Positions 25,772 through 35,494 are shown, counted from the stretch's first letter. The stretch: 64,000 bases of DNA from Bacillota bacterium (GCA_019428945.1 JAHYJM010000001.1:18267-82266); one strand, 5' to 3'. The notes: generated by a model not told the origin, from the letters alone. Made by a program: numbers and translations.

Positions 25772-28144
25772 ATGAGCAACCAATTAAATCTATTCGACAC
25801 CATCATTGAACGTCACAATAGCAAAGCCTCCGGATTAATTATGATTCTGCAGGATATCCAGACTGAATTTGGTTACCTTCCGCCGGAGGCTGTATCAAGA
25901 ATATCCGAAACACTTCATATTCCGCAGTCACAGGTTTATTCAGTAGCAACATTTTATAAATCCTTTTCTTTAAAACCGCAGGGTAAGCATAAAATAGATA
26001 TTTGCGAAGGCACCGCCTGCCATATCAGGGGTGCTTCTGTTTTAATGAGCCAGGTATCTGAAGAATTAAGTATAAAGCCCGGTGAAACCACCGCAGATGG
26101 TGAATTAACATTAAACTCTGTTCACTGTGTGGGAGCCTGCGCAATGGCCCCTGTAGTTGTAATTGACGGTGCCTACCATGGCAGCGTTACCTCTTCGCAG
26201 TTGTCAAAAGAGCTTAAGAGTTGCTGTTCTTCAGAAATTAAAAAGAAAGATGCTAAACCACCGGCAGAAACAATAGTTGGGCTGGGTGAAAAAATAGCAT
26301 CTCCTGAACAACTCGATAGAATAAGAAACCGGATCGCCAGTGAAAAACCGCTAAACGAAGCAAAGATTCTGGTTTGCGCCGGAACCGGCTGCCTGGCCAA
26401 AGGTAGTCTTGCAGTTGCTGAAGCGATCAGCCGGGAATTAAGATCTTCAGCCCTCGACCTACCGGTTAATCTTGGCTTAAAAAGAGTAGGCTGCCAGGGC
26501 TTTTGTGAAAAGGGACCCCTTGTAATTATTTCACCACAGAAAATTTTCTATAACAATGTCCGTCCGGAAGATGCCGAAGTAATAATCAGGGAAACAATAA
26601 TCGGTAAAAAGGCAGTGGAGAGACTGCTTTATCATGATCCTGAGACTGAAAAGAGCATGGAGGTTTATGAAGAGATACCGTTTTTCGCCGGACAGGAGCG
26701 AATAGCCCTTAGAAATGTTGGTACTATCGATCCGCTCGACATTAAAGATTATATCGCACAGGGCGGTTTCAGTGCTCTAATAAAAGCACTTTATAAAATG
26801 AATCCCGGGCAGGTTATCAGCGAAATTGAAAGTTCCGGTTTGCGTGGAAGAGGAGGAGGAGGCTTTCCCACCGGAAGAAAATGGCGCACAAGCGCTTCTG
26901 TTCCGTCTGATATCCGTTATGTAATCTGTAATGGTGACGAGGGAGACCCCGGCGCTTTTATGGATCGCAGTATCATGGAAGGCGATCCATACTCAGTTCT
27001 TGAAGGCATCATAATCTGTGCATATGCGATAGGCGCTTCTGAAGGTTTTATCTATGTCAGGGAAGAATATCCGCGCGCTTTAAAACACCTCCAGGCTGCA
27101 ATCGACCAGAGCAGGAAAGCCGGGATCCTCGGCAGTGATATTTGTGGCACCGGTTTTTCATTTGATATCACTATTAACCGGGGTACGGGCGCTTTTATCT
27201 GCGGCGAGTCAACAGCGCTAATGCAATCAATTGAAGGTAAGGTCGGAGAGCCACGGGCAAAATATATCAGATCCGCCGAACGGGGTCTTTATGATAAACC
27301 TACTGTTTTAAACAACGTTGAAACTTTTACTAATATACCTGAAATTATTCGCAAAGGTGCCAAATGGTACTCCTCGACCGGAACAAGCACCAGTCCCGGC
27401 ACCAAAGTCTTTTCAGTCGTGGGCAAAGTGAAGAACACAGGACTGGTAGAGGTTCCAATGGGAATAACTATGCGTAAAATCATCTATGATATATGTGGTG
27501 GGATCCTTGACAACAAATCATTTAAAGCTGTCCAAACCGGCGGCCCTTCAGGTGGCTGTCTGCCGGCAAGCAAGCTTGACATACCGGTAGATTTTGACAC
27601 ACTTACACTTGAAGGATCGATGATGGGTTCCGGCGGCATGATAGTAATGGACGAAGAAACCTGTATGGTTGATGTTGCCCGCTACTTTACAGATTTTCTT
27701 TCCCAGGAATCATGTGGGAAATGTGCTGCCTGCAGGCTCGGCCTGGCCAACCTTCACGACATTCTGGACAATATTTGCCGCGGTAAAGGTAGAGCAGGGG
27801 ATATAGAAAGAATAGAAAAGCTGCTTGAACTGCTTGAACAGGGCTCTTTGTGCGGTCTTGGCAAATCTGCGCCCAACCCTGTTCGCAGTACACTTAAACA
27901 CTTTAAAGAAGAGTACCTGGCTCACATTAATGAAAAGAGATGCCCTGCCGGAGTCTGCCGGGATTTAATCAGTTTTCATATAACCGACGACTGTACCGGA
28001 TGCCGGCGATGTGCCAGGGTTTGTCCGCAAAAAGCGATAAGCGGCAATAAAAAGGAGCTTCATATTATTGATCAGGATCTCTGCAACCGCTGCGGCCTAT
28101 GCCGTGTTACCTGCAACTTTGATGCCGTTATTGTTGAAAGTTGA
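25772..28144 (+). CDS. Fused NuoE/HydC - NuoF/HydB (BfuC-BfuB-like) FMN/Fe-S NAD(P)H-binding subunit
   Basis: ATFY..F, CEGTAC...CVGAC (2Fe-2S); CAGTGC...CQGFC; GLRGRGGGGFPTG; NGDEGDPGAFMDR; GGPSGGC; ESCGKCAACR; HINEKRCPAGVC; two C-terminal 4Fe-4S motifs. Confidence 0.92.
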   Translation: MSNQLNLFDTIIERHNSKASGLIMILQDIQTEFGYLPPEAVSRISETLHIPQSQVYSVATFYKSFSLKPQGKHKIDICEGTACHIRGASVLMSQVSEELSIKPGETTADGELTLNSVHCVGACAMAPVVVIDGAYHGSVTSSQLSKELKSCCSSEIKKKDAKPPAETIVGLGEKIASPEQLDRIRNRIASEKPLNEAKILVCAGTGCLAKGSLAVAEAISRELRSSALDLPVNLGLKRVGCQGFCEKGPLVIISPQKIFYNNVRPEDAEVIIRETIIGKKAVERLLYHDPETEKSMEVYEEIPFFAGQERIALRNVGTIDPLDIKDYIAQGGFSALIKALYKMNPGQVISEIESSGLRGRGGGGFPTGRKWRTSASVPSDIRYVICNGDEGDPGAFMDRSIMEGDPYSVLEGIIICAYAIGASEGFIYVREEYPRALKHLQAAIDQSRKAGILGSDICGTGFSFDITINRGTGAFICGESTALMQSIEGKVGEPRAKYIRSAERGLYDKPTVLNNVETFTNIPEIIRKGAKWYSSTGTSTSPGTKVFSVVGKVKNTGLVEVPMGITMRKIIYDICGGILDNKSFKAVQTGGPSGGCLPASKLDIPVDFDTLTLEGSMMGSGGMIVMDEETCMVDVARYFTDFLSQESCGKCAACRLGLANLHDILDNICRGKGRAGDIERIEKLLELLEQGSLCGLGKSAPNPVRSTLKHFKEEYLAHINEKRCPAGVCRDLISFHITDDCTGCRRCARVCPQKAISGNKKELHIIDQDLCNRCGLCRVTCNFDAVIVES

Positions 28145-31100
28145 AAGAAACAGGTGAAAATATATCTATGTCAAACAAAGTATTAATTACAATCGATGGC
28201 CGTAAAGTAGAAACAGAAAACAGAACCATGCTCCTGAGTATTTTACGGGACATGGGTTTTAACCTACCAACCTTGTGCCATCATCCTTCACTCACTCCAT
28301 CCGGGGCTTGCCGACTCTGTGTTGTAGAGGTAACCAAAGATAGTTGGAAAGGCGCTTCAAAGATTGTAACTTCATGTCTCTATCCGGCGGAAGAAGGTTT
28401 AATCGTAAAAACGAGATCTGAGGAAGTTCTGAAAACCCGCCGTACTCTGCTGGAGCTATATATGGCCCAGTGCCCCGGTTCAGAAGAGATCAGGGCTATG
28501 GCCCGCCTTGAAGGTATAGATACAACCTCTTTTACAGTTGGTGAAGCTGATAACAAGTGTGTGTTGTGCGGTCTTTGCACCAGGGTTTGTCAGGATTGTG
28601 GTCCGGGAGCAATTTCAACCCTTTTTCGCGGAAATGACAAATTGGTCGCACCTAACCCTGAGGGAGTTGGCGATGACTGTACCGGCTGCCGCGCTTGTGC
28701 TTATATCTGCCCGACCGGAGCGATACCGATTGAACAGTCTAATCAGACTATGAAAATCTGGAACCGCGAATTTGAAGTGCCGATTTGCGAGGTTAAAAGC
28801 GACCTGTGCCGCGGCTGTGGGATATGCGAAGAAGTATGCCCATTCTCGGTACCAAGAGCTTCTATACAGATTGGGTCTGAAACTGTTTCGTTTATATCCC
28901 CTACAGCCTGCCTGGGATGCGGTATCTGTGCCGGGGCCTGTCCCACCGGTGCAATAAGTCAGAAAAAAACAGAAGAACTTACAGATCTTGAAAATAATTT
29001 GTTTAATAGAAACCTGCAGGGTAAAAATATTGTTTTTGCCTGCTCCCGCTCACCCTTCCCGGCTGACAACAGCGAATTAATCAGGGTCAGTTGCATTGGA
29101 AGTGTTGATATCACAACTATTTTATCCTGCCTCGCCCGGGGCGCTGACAAAGTGGCCCTGATGTGCAGGGACAGACTGACATGTCCCTATAAAGATGGCG
29201 GAGATCTTGGTGAAAACCGGGTTAAAACAATTCAGGATATCCTAGGCTACTTAGATTTAGATCCTAATATTACATCCTTATTGACCCCTGAACCAGGTCC
29301 GGACGGCCCTCAAAATACCTGGGGCGAATATAAACTTTATAAGGGTTTAAAACCGCAAACAGCAATTTATACCACTGATACCATTGAAAAAACCGGGTTG
29401 GATCAAGCTCTTGCATTAATTGACTGGTTCAAACTGCAGCCTGAAATTAAAACGGTTCTGCCACCTGAGCTGGCCTCTCTTTTCGAACCTGAAACTGCAG
29501 AAAATTATGATCTTTTATATCTCGGAAATCTTTCCGAGCTTCATCTGTTATTTAAAGATCTTACAGATGAATCGCCTGTAATTCCTATTATAGAATCGGC
29601 TCTCAGCTTTCTTAAAGAGAAAAATATACCAGTAAAACCGGTATGCAGTATAAAAGAAATTGAAGAATCCGGTTCCGGCAGAGTGATAACTTTTTCAACT
29701 CCACCTAAAGCGCTCCTTGATTCAAAATATGAAATAGTCACTCTGAATCAACTTGCCGGCGGTAATGCTTTAAATCAGCCCGGATTTACTTTTGCCTTAA
29801 ATGATACTGAGCGTAAAGAGCTGATTGGTGCCTTATCACAGGAAAACAGGGCTAAATCATGTTCATCGGCAGATGAGTACCTTCAGTACGCCCTTTTGAT
29901 GCGAAGCGGCGCCTGGCTGAAAACGCTTTCTCCAAAACCGGTTTTTTTTAAACCCGAATATACAATTTCTAAAGGACCTGAGATAAAGAAATTACCAGAT
30001 CTATACCGGATAAAAGATCACCCCATCTTACCACCTCTTAGCAAAGCTGACATATCTTTTACTTTTAATGAACAGCAAGTTATGGCCCGTAAAAATGAAG
30101 TCATCACCTCTGCTTTGTATGCTTCCGGAATTCACGTTTTCGGACATCACCAAAGTGATGGAGGCGCTCAGGGCATCTATTGCGTAAATGGTCAGTGTTC
30201 CCAATGTATGGTCATTGCCGACGGCAAACCGGTCAAGGGCTGCATGACTCCGGTCAGGGAAGGTATGGTCGTAAAGAGTGTAGATGGACTGCCTGTTTTA
30301 TCAGATTTACCCCCATCTGAAATCGTGATACCGGACACAGCAGAAATCGACACAGATGTGCTGATTATTGGTGGTGGTCCTGCCGGAATAAGCGCAGCGA
30401 TTGAACTTGGCACAGTTGGGATAGATACATTAATTATAGATGACAAGCAGGAACTGGGAGGAAAACTGAGCCTTCAGACCCATAATTTTTTCGGATCTGT
30501 GGCTGACTGTTATGCCGGTTCAAGAGGTATGCACATCGGTAAAATTCTAGTTGGTAATCTGAATAAACTGCCTACGGTCAAAATCTGGCTGAACTCGACG
30601 GTAATTGGAGTATTCAGTGACGGCAAGTTTGGGGTATCATGCAATGGGGTTTATCGCCTGGTTAGTGCGAAAAATGCTCTCTTTTCAACCGGGGCAAGAG
30701 AAAAAAGCCTGGCTTTCCCCGGGGCTGACTTACCTGGAGTTTATGGAGCCGGAGCATTTCAGACACTTGTAAATCGCGATCTAATCCGCTGCGCTGAAAG
30801 ACTGTTTATTATTGGCGGCGGGAATGTGGGCTTAATTGGCGCCTATCATGCCCTGCAGGCAGGAATTGATGTTGTAGGCCTTGTTGAAGCGTTGCCGCAC
30901 TGCGGCGGTTACAAGGTTCATGAAGATAAAATCAGGCGCTTTGGAGTGCCGGTATGGACCTCGCATACTGTTCTGCGCATTGAGGGAGAAGAGAAGGTCG
31001 AAAGAGTGATCACCGCTGCCCTGGATGATAATTTCAAACCAGTCCCCGGTACCGAAAGGTCTTTTGAAGTCGACACTGTCTTGATTGCAGTAGGCTTAAG

Positions 31101-32073
31101 CCCGGTTAACGAACTTCTTGAAAAAGCTAAGGAATACGGAATCGAAGCTTACGCAGCCGGTGATGCCAATGAAATTGCTGAAGCCTCTGCCGCAATCTTT
31201 TCAGGTAAAATCATCGGGCGCAGGATTGCGCAGGCTATGGGCGTAGACCTGCCGGTTCCGAGCGACTGGGAAGCATTCGGCGAAACCTTAAAACACCATG
31301 CCGGCGACAGCGACCCATTTATTCCAGAGGAAAGAAAAGATACCGTTTATCCTTTGATCCGCTGCATGCAGGAAATTCCCTGCAATCCATGCACCGAGGC
31401 CTGCCCGAAAAACTGCATCACCATGAATGATTCAATCCTCTCACTGCCGGAATTTGGCGGGGAGTGTATCGGCTGCGGCCGCTGTGTCCTTGCCTGCCCC
31501 GGTTTGGCTATAAATCTTGTCATTGACGATTATGATCCTGAAATGAAAAAAGCGCTTCTGATTATGCCCTTTGAATTTGTCAATGATCTGATCCCTATCG
31601 GGCAGGAGGTTACCACCACCGATATGGAAGGGAATATTGTCGGCAGGGGCAGGGTGATAGCTTATAAAGATCGTAAGGCTCAGAACAGCAGGCGTCTGCT
31701 TATGCTTGAGGTACCTTACGAAGAGAGACTAGAGGTAGCCGGGTTCCGGGTAAGGGAAATTGATCCGGGACAACCGCTTGAAGCGCCTCTTACTGATGCG
31801 GAGGATCCGATTGTGTGCCGCTGTGAAAGAGTCAGGAAGAGTGAAATTGTCAGGGCGATAAAAGATGGAGTGCGTGATTTGAACCAGTTAAAAGCACTCT
31901 TACGAACCGGGTTGGGTGGCTGTAACGGAAAAACCTGCACCGATTTGATTCTGCGCATTTACAGGGAAGAAGGCATCCCTTTAACTGAGCTGACCATGCC
32001 TACTCACAGGCCGCTTGTCGCTGAGGTTCACCTGGGTGATTTTATTGCCAAAGATAGAGGAGGAATGAAATAA
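28141..32073 (+). CDS. Multidomain fusion: NuoG/HydA-type Fe-S N-terminus, ferredoxin, MvhD-like, then sarcosine-oxidase/proline-dehydrogenase alpha-like (2Fe-2S, FAD/NAD oxidoreductase, 4Fe-4S, BFD 2Fe-2S)
   Basis: PTLCHH..GACRLC..TSC; CVLCGLC..VC; CTGCRAC..CP; two more CxxCxxCxxxCP; IRVSCIG..GADKV; YCVNGQCSQC..GC; IIGGGPAG; TGARE; IIGGGNVG; CRCERV..GCNGKTC; alternative ATG at 28168. Confidence 0.88.
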   Translation: MKETGENISMSNKVLITIDGRKVETENRTMLLSILRDMGFNLPTLCHHPSLTPSGACRLCVVEVTKDSWKGASKIVTSCLYPAEEGLIVKTRSEEVLKTRRTLLELYMAQCPGSEEIRAMARLEGIDTTSFTVGEADNKCVLCGLCTRVCQDCGPGAISTLFRGNDKLVAPNPEGVGDDCTGCRACAYICPTGAIPIEQSNQTMKIWNREFEVPICEVKSDLCRGCGICEEVCPFSVPRASIQIGSETVSFISPTACLGCGICAGACPTGAISQKKTEELTDLENNLFNRNLQGKNIVFACSRSPFPADNSELIRVSCIGSVDITTILSCLARGADKVALMCRDRLTCPYKDGGDLGENRVKTIQDILGYLDLDPNITSLLTPEPGPDGPQNTWGEYKLYKGLKPQTAIYTTDTIEKTGLDQALALIDWFKLQPEIKTVLPPELASLFEPETAENYDLLYLGNLSELHLLFKDLTDESPVIPIIESALSFLKEKNIPVKPVCSIKEIEESGSGRVITFSTPPKALLDSKYEIVTLNQLAGGNALNQPGFTFALNDTERKELIGALSQENRAKSCSSADEYLQYALLMRSGAWLKTLSPKPVFFKPEYTISKGPEIKKLPDLYRIKDHPILPPLSKADISFTFNEQQVMARKNEVITSALYASGIHVFGHHQSDGGAQGIYCVNGQCSQCMVIADGKPVKGCMTPVREGMVVKSVDGLPVLSDLPPSEIVIPDTAEIDTDVLIIGGGPAGISAAIELGTVGIDTLIIDDKQELGGKLSLQTHNFFGSVADCYAGSRGMHIGKILVGNLNKLPTVKIWLNSTVIGVFSDGKFGVSCNGVYRLVSAKNALFSTGAREKSLAFPGADLPGVYGAGAFQTLVNRDLIRCAERLFIIGGGNVGLIGAYHALQAGIDVVGLVEALPHCGGYKVHEDKIRRFGVPVWTSHTVLRIEGEEKVERVITAALDDNFKPVPGTERSFEVDTVLIAVGLSPVNELLEKAKEYGIEAYAAGDANEIAEASAAIFSGKIIGRRIAQAMGVDLPVPSDWEAFGETLKHHAGDSDPFIPEERKDTVYPLIRCMQEIPCNPCTEACPKNCITMNDSILSLPEFGGECIGCGRCVLACPGLAINLVIDDYDPEMKKALLIMPFEFVNDLIPIGQEVTTTDMEGNIVGRGRVIAYKDRKAQNSRRLLMLEVPYEERLEVAGFRVREIDPGQPLEAPLTDAEDPIVCRCERVRKSEIVRAIKDGVRDLNQLKALLRTGLGGCNGKTCTDLILRIYREEGIPLTELTMPTHRPLVAEVHLGDFIAKDRGGMK

Positions 32074-33245
32074 TGCCGACGGACAATATTTACGATGTTA
32101 TAGTTATCGGCTGCGGCAGTGTTGGCAATCCGACCGCCTATCATCTGGCAAAAGCAGGTTTAAAAGTACTTGTTATAGACAGGCGATCAGCAGCAGGACA
32201 GGGTGAAAATAAAACTGCAATCGGCGGAGTAAGAGCGACTCACTCAGATCCAGGCAAGATCAGTATTGGTCTTGAAAGCATCAGGATCTTTTCGACCTGG
32301 AAAGATATTTACGGTTTTGATATTGAATGGAAACCGGGTGGTTACTGTTTTCCTGTCTACGATGATATTGTCGAAGCCACACTAAAAAGCCTTCTACCAG
32401 CCCAGAAAGGATACGGTCTAAATATTAACTGGGTCGGTCCCGATGAAATTAAAGAAATTATCCCCGGCATTAACCCCGATGGCTTGCGGGGTGGGACCTA
32501 CTCACCCGATGATGGCCAGGTATCATCTATTCTGGCTCCGATTGCCTTTCAGCGTGAAGCTGAAAAATGCGGCGCCGTTTACCACTTTAACGAAAGAGTT
32601 ACCGGTTATTTACTTGATCGTGACAGGGTAACAGGAGTTAAAACTGATAGGGACACGTACTCATCATGCTGGGTGGTAATTGCTGCCGGTTCTGACGCGG
32701 CTGAGCATGGACCGATGCTCGGTATAGATATACCGGTCACACCAGATTCACATGAGGCAGGTATCTCCGCACCGATAGAGCATTTCCTTGCCCCACTCAT
32801 TGTTGATCTGCGCCCCGGACCAGAAGGGAAAACGACAAACTTTTATTTCGGCCAGAATAAAGAAGGACAGATTATCTTTTGCTACACGCCAAAAGATCTC
32901 TTTATCGGAACAAACCGTGAATCACGATCTGAATTTTTACCCGTTCTGGCCAGCAGGATGGTTGCTCTGATTCCCAAGTTTAAAAATCTTTTAATCCGCC
33001 GGATCTGGAGAGGCTGTTACCCCATGACGCCAGACGGCGTCCCAATCATCGATTATGCCCGGGAGCTGGAAGGCCTTATCCTTGCGGTCGGCATGTGCGG
33101 CCAGGGTCTGATGCTCGGCCCTGGAGTCGGCAGAAATATTGCATCCATGATCACCAGCAGCAGCCCCTGCATTTCTGATCAAGCACAGGCCTGTTTCCGC
33201 TGCGATCGTGATATCTATAAATCGGACACAGAAGCCCTCAAGTGA
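32073..33245 (+). CDS. DAO-family FAD oxidoreductase (sarcosine oxidase beta / L-proline dehydrogenase beta-like)
   Basis: VIVIGCGSVG, YPMTPDGVPII, GMCGQGLMLGPGVG; start overlaps the preceding stop. Confidence 0.85.
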   Translation: MPTDNIYDVIVIGCGSVGNPTAYHLAKAGLKVLVIDRRSAAGQGENKTAIGGVRATHSDPGKISIGLESIRIFSTWKDIYGFDIEWKPGGYCFPVYDDIVEATLKSLLPAQKGYGLNINWVGPDEIKEIIPGINPDGLRGGTYSPDDGQVSSILAPIAFQREAEKCGAVYHFNERVTGYLLDRDRVTGVKTDRDTYSSCWVVIAAGSDAAEHGPMLGIDIPVTPDSHEAGISAPIEHFLAPLIVDLRPGPEGKTTNFYFGQNKEGQIIFCYTPKDLFIGTNRESRSEFLPVLASRMVALIPKFKNLLIRRIWRGCYPMTPDGVPIIDYARELEGLILAVGMCGQGLMLGPGVGRNIASMITSSSPCISDQAQACFRCDRDIYKSDTEALK

Positions 33246-33390
33246 AAACAGTCTATTGCCCACAAGAAATACTTTCCATATCATTTTCAGTTTTTAAATA
33301 TTAATAGGCTGACTATCTTTTTTTGTCATGCATTGACCCTGTATGTAGATCACTTCAGAGCAATTTCTCTGCATTTATATATTCCCTGTA

Positions 33391-33419
33391 TTGCACAAAG
33401 CCCTCAATTTCGGTAGAAT
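33391..33419 (+). promoter_or_regulatory. Sigma-A promoter of proC
   Basis: TTGCAC-17 bp-TAGAAT. Confidence 0.6.
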
Positions 33420-33454
33420 ACATGCTAAGACTTTAATTCAGGGGAGTATGAGCG

Positions 33455-34267
33455 ATGAAAAATGATAACATTGGTATTATCGGCTGCGGCGCAATGGGTT
33501 CAGCGCTGGCAAAAGGTATGGTAAAAGCAGGTGGCATTAAACCGGCTTCTATTTTCCTTTATGATCTGGACAAAGGAAGAATGACAGAACTCGCAAATGA
33601 ATTGAAAGCGACACCGGCTGAAAAACCGGCAGATTTTATTCCTTTCTGCCGTCACATTTTTATCGCTGTTAAGCCTCAGGATACGGAAGGATTATTGTAC
33701 GCTATAAAACCTTACGTCCAGTCTGATCAAATTTATGTATCGATAGCAGCAGGAATTACAATTAGTTTTATCGAAAGTTGTCTTTCATCCGGTACTAAGG
33801 TCATTCGATTAATGCCGAACACTCCCTGCCTGATCGGTGAAGGCACAATAGCGCTGAGCACCGGTGACGCTGTTACGGATGATGAAAGGCGAGAAGTTGA
33901 ATGCCTGCTTAAATCACTTGGCCTGACGATGAGGCTTCCTGAAAAGCTAATGGATGCTGCAACAGGCCTCAGTGGTACAGGACCTGCCTATGTCTATCTC
34001 TTTATAGAAACTATGATTGATGCCGGTGTTTCTGTTGGTATAAGACGTGATGTCGCTACAAAAATGGTAGTACAGAATGTGATCGGCGCCGCAAAAATGC
34101 TGGAGACAAATGCGCAGCATCCTGCGGAACTTCGTAATATAGTCACATCTCCGGCAGGAACTACAAGTTCAGCTCTGCTTGTTCTTGAAGAATCTGGTTT
34201 CCGCAGCTGTCTGATTAAAGCAGTGAGGGAAGCAACCAGGCGTTCAGAAGAACTACGGCTGGGTTAA
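33455..34267 (+). CDS. proC: Pyrroline-5-carboxylate reductase
   Basis: IGCGAMG, AVKPQ, SIAAG, RLMPNTP, GLSGTGPAY, VTSPAGTT. Confidence 0.95.
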   Translation: MKNDNIGIIGCGAMGSALAKGMVKAGGIKPASIFLYDLDKGRMTELANELKATPAEKPADFIPFCRHIFIAVKPQDTEGLLYAIKPYVQSDQIYVSIAAGITISFIESCLSSGTKVIRLMPNTPCLIGEGTIALSTGDAVTDDERREVECLLKSLGLTMRLPEKLMDAATGLSGTGPAYVYLFIETMIDAGVSVGIRRDVATKMVVQNVIGAAKMLETNAQHPAELRNIVTSPAGTTSSALLVLEESGFRSCLIKAVREATRRSEELRLG

Positions 34268-34312
34268 ATTATTTACATCTATGATACACTGCGGAACAAA
34301 GGAGGTGCTTTT

Positions 34313-35494
34313 ATGAAAAGATTTCAGGAAGGGCTTGATAATAAAGTCCCCATGCTTGTTGATACTACTTTAAGAGATGGAGAACAGACTGCAGGTGTAG
34401 TATTTTCCAACAGGGAGAAATTAAGAATAGCAAAAATGCTTGACAACCTTGGCGTACATCAGATAGAAGCAGGAATACCGGTAATGGGCGGCGATGAAAA
34501 AGAGGTTATCAAAGAGATCGTCTCCTATAAACTGCAGGCCAGCATTATGGCGTGGAACCGGGCAAACATAGAAGATATAAAGCACTCCCTGGATTGCAAC
34601 GTTGATGCCGTGGCAATATCTATTTCTACCTCGGACATTCATATCGCCCATAAATTAAGGACTTCCCGCGAGTGGGTTCTTAAAAATATGGTAAAAGCTG
34701 TAGAGTTCGCCAGTAAACACAATCTTTATATATCTGTAAATGCAGAGGATGCATCACGAAGCGATCTCGATTTTCTGGTTGAGTTTGCAAAACAAGCCCA
34801 GGCGGCAGGAGCAAACCGCCTCCGTTTTTGTGATACGATTGGCGTTCTCGAACCCTTTAAAACTTATGAAGTAATCAGCTCATTGATCGATAAGACGGGA
34901 ATGGATATAGAGATGCATACTCACAACGATTTTGGCATGGCTACCGCTAACGCTCTTGCCGGCTTGAAAGCAGGCGCCAGCTTCATCGGCGTTACAGTTA
35001 ACGGTCTTGGTGAAAGAGCCGGTAACGCTGCCCTTGAAGAAGTGGCAATGGCTTTAAAACATCTTTTCGGAGTTAACCTTGGAGTTAATACCCGTGATTT
35101 CAGAAACCTCTGTGAATATGTAGCCCGGGCATCAGGCAGGCAGCTATATCCTTCCAAACCTATTGTGGGCACAAATACATTTGCTCATGAGTCAGGCATT
35201 CACGCTGACGGCGTGTTAAAACACCCGGCAACATACGAAGTATACAGCCCCGAAGAGGTAGGCCTTGAAAGGCAGATCGTGATCGGAAAACATTCCGGAT
35301 CAAGCGCAATTAAGATGAAGTTTGTTGAATACGGCATTGATTTGTCCGATGAAGAGGCTGCAGATTTACTGTCAGCTGTCCGCAGTGTCACTGTTGATAT
35401 GAAGCGAACACTCTTCGACAAAGAGCTGATGTATATTTATGAAGATTACCTATATGAGAAAAAACTTGTTCCTTCCCTCGATAAGAGTGAATAA
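34313..35494 (+). CDS. nifV: Homocitrate synthase-like DRE-TIM metallolyase (NifV/LeuA family)
   Basis: DTTLRDGEQ, EAGIP, AEDASR, FCDT.G, HTHNDFG, GLGERAGN, HESGIH, GKHSG; no LeuA regulatory domain. Confidence 0.7.
   Translation: MKRFQEGLDNKVPMLVDTTLRDGEQTAGVVFSNREKLRIAKMLDNLGVHQIEAGIPVMGGDEKEVIKEIVSYKLQASIMAWNRANIEDIKHSLDCNVDAVAISISTSDIHIAHKLRTSREWVLKNMVKAVEFASKHNLYISVNAEDASRSDLDFLVEFAKQAQAAGANRLRFCDTIGVLEPFKTYEVISSLIDKTGMDIEMHTHNDFGMATANALAGLKAGASFIGVTVNGLGERAGNAALEEVAMALKHLFGVNLGVNTRDFRNLCEYVARASGRQLYPSKPIVGTNTFAHESGIHADGVLKHPATYEVYSPEEVGLERQIVIGKHSGSSAIKMKFVEYGIDLSDEEAADLLSAVRSVTVDMKRTLFDKELMYIYEDYLYEKKLVPSLDKSE

Noticed and set aside
25772-33245. Hydrogenase, formate dehydrogenase or complex I; selenocysteine read-through
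   Set aside because: No H-cluster, NiFe, molybdopterin or membrane Nuo subunits; the TGA stops fall at natural domain ends
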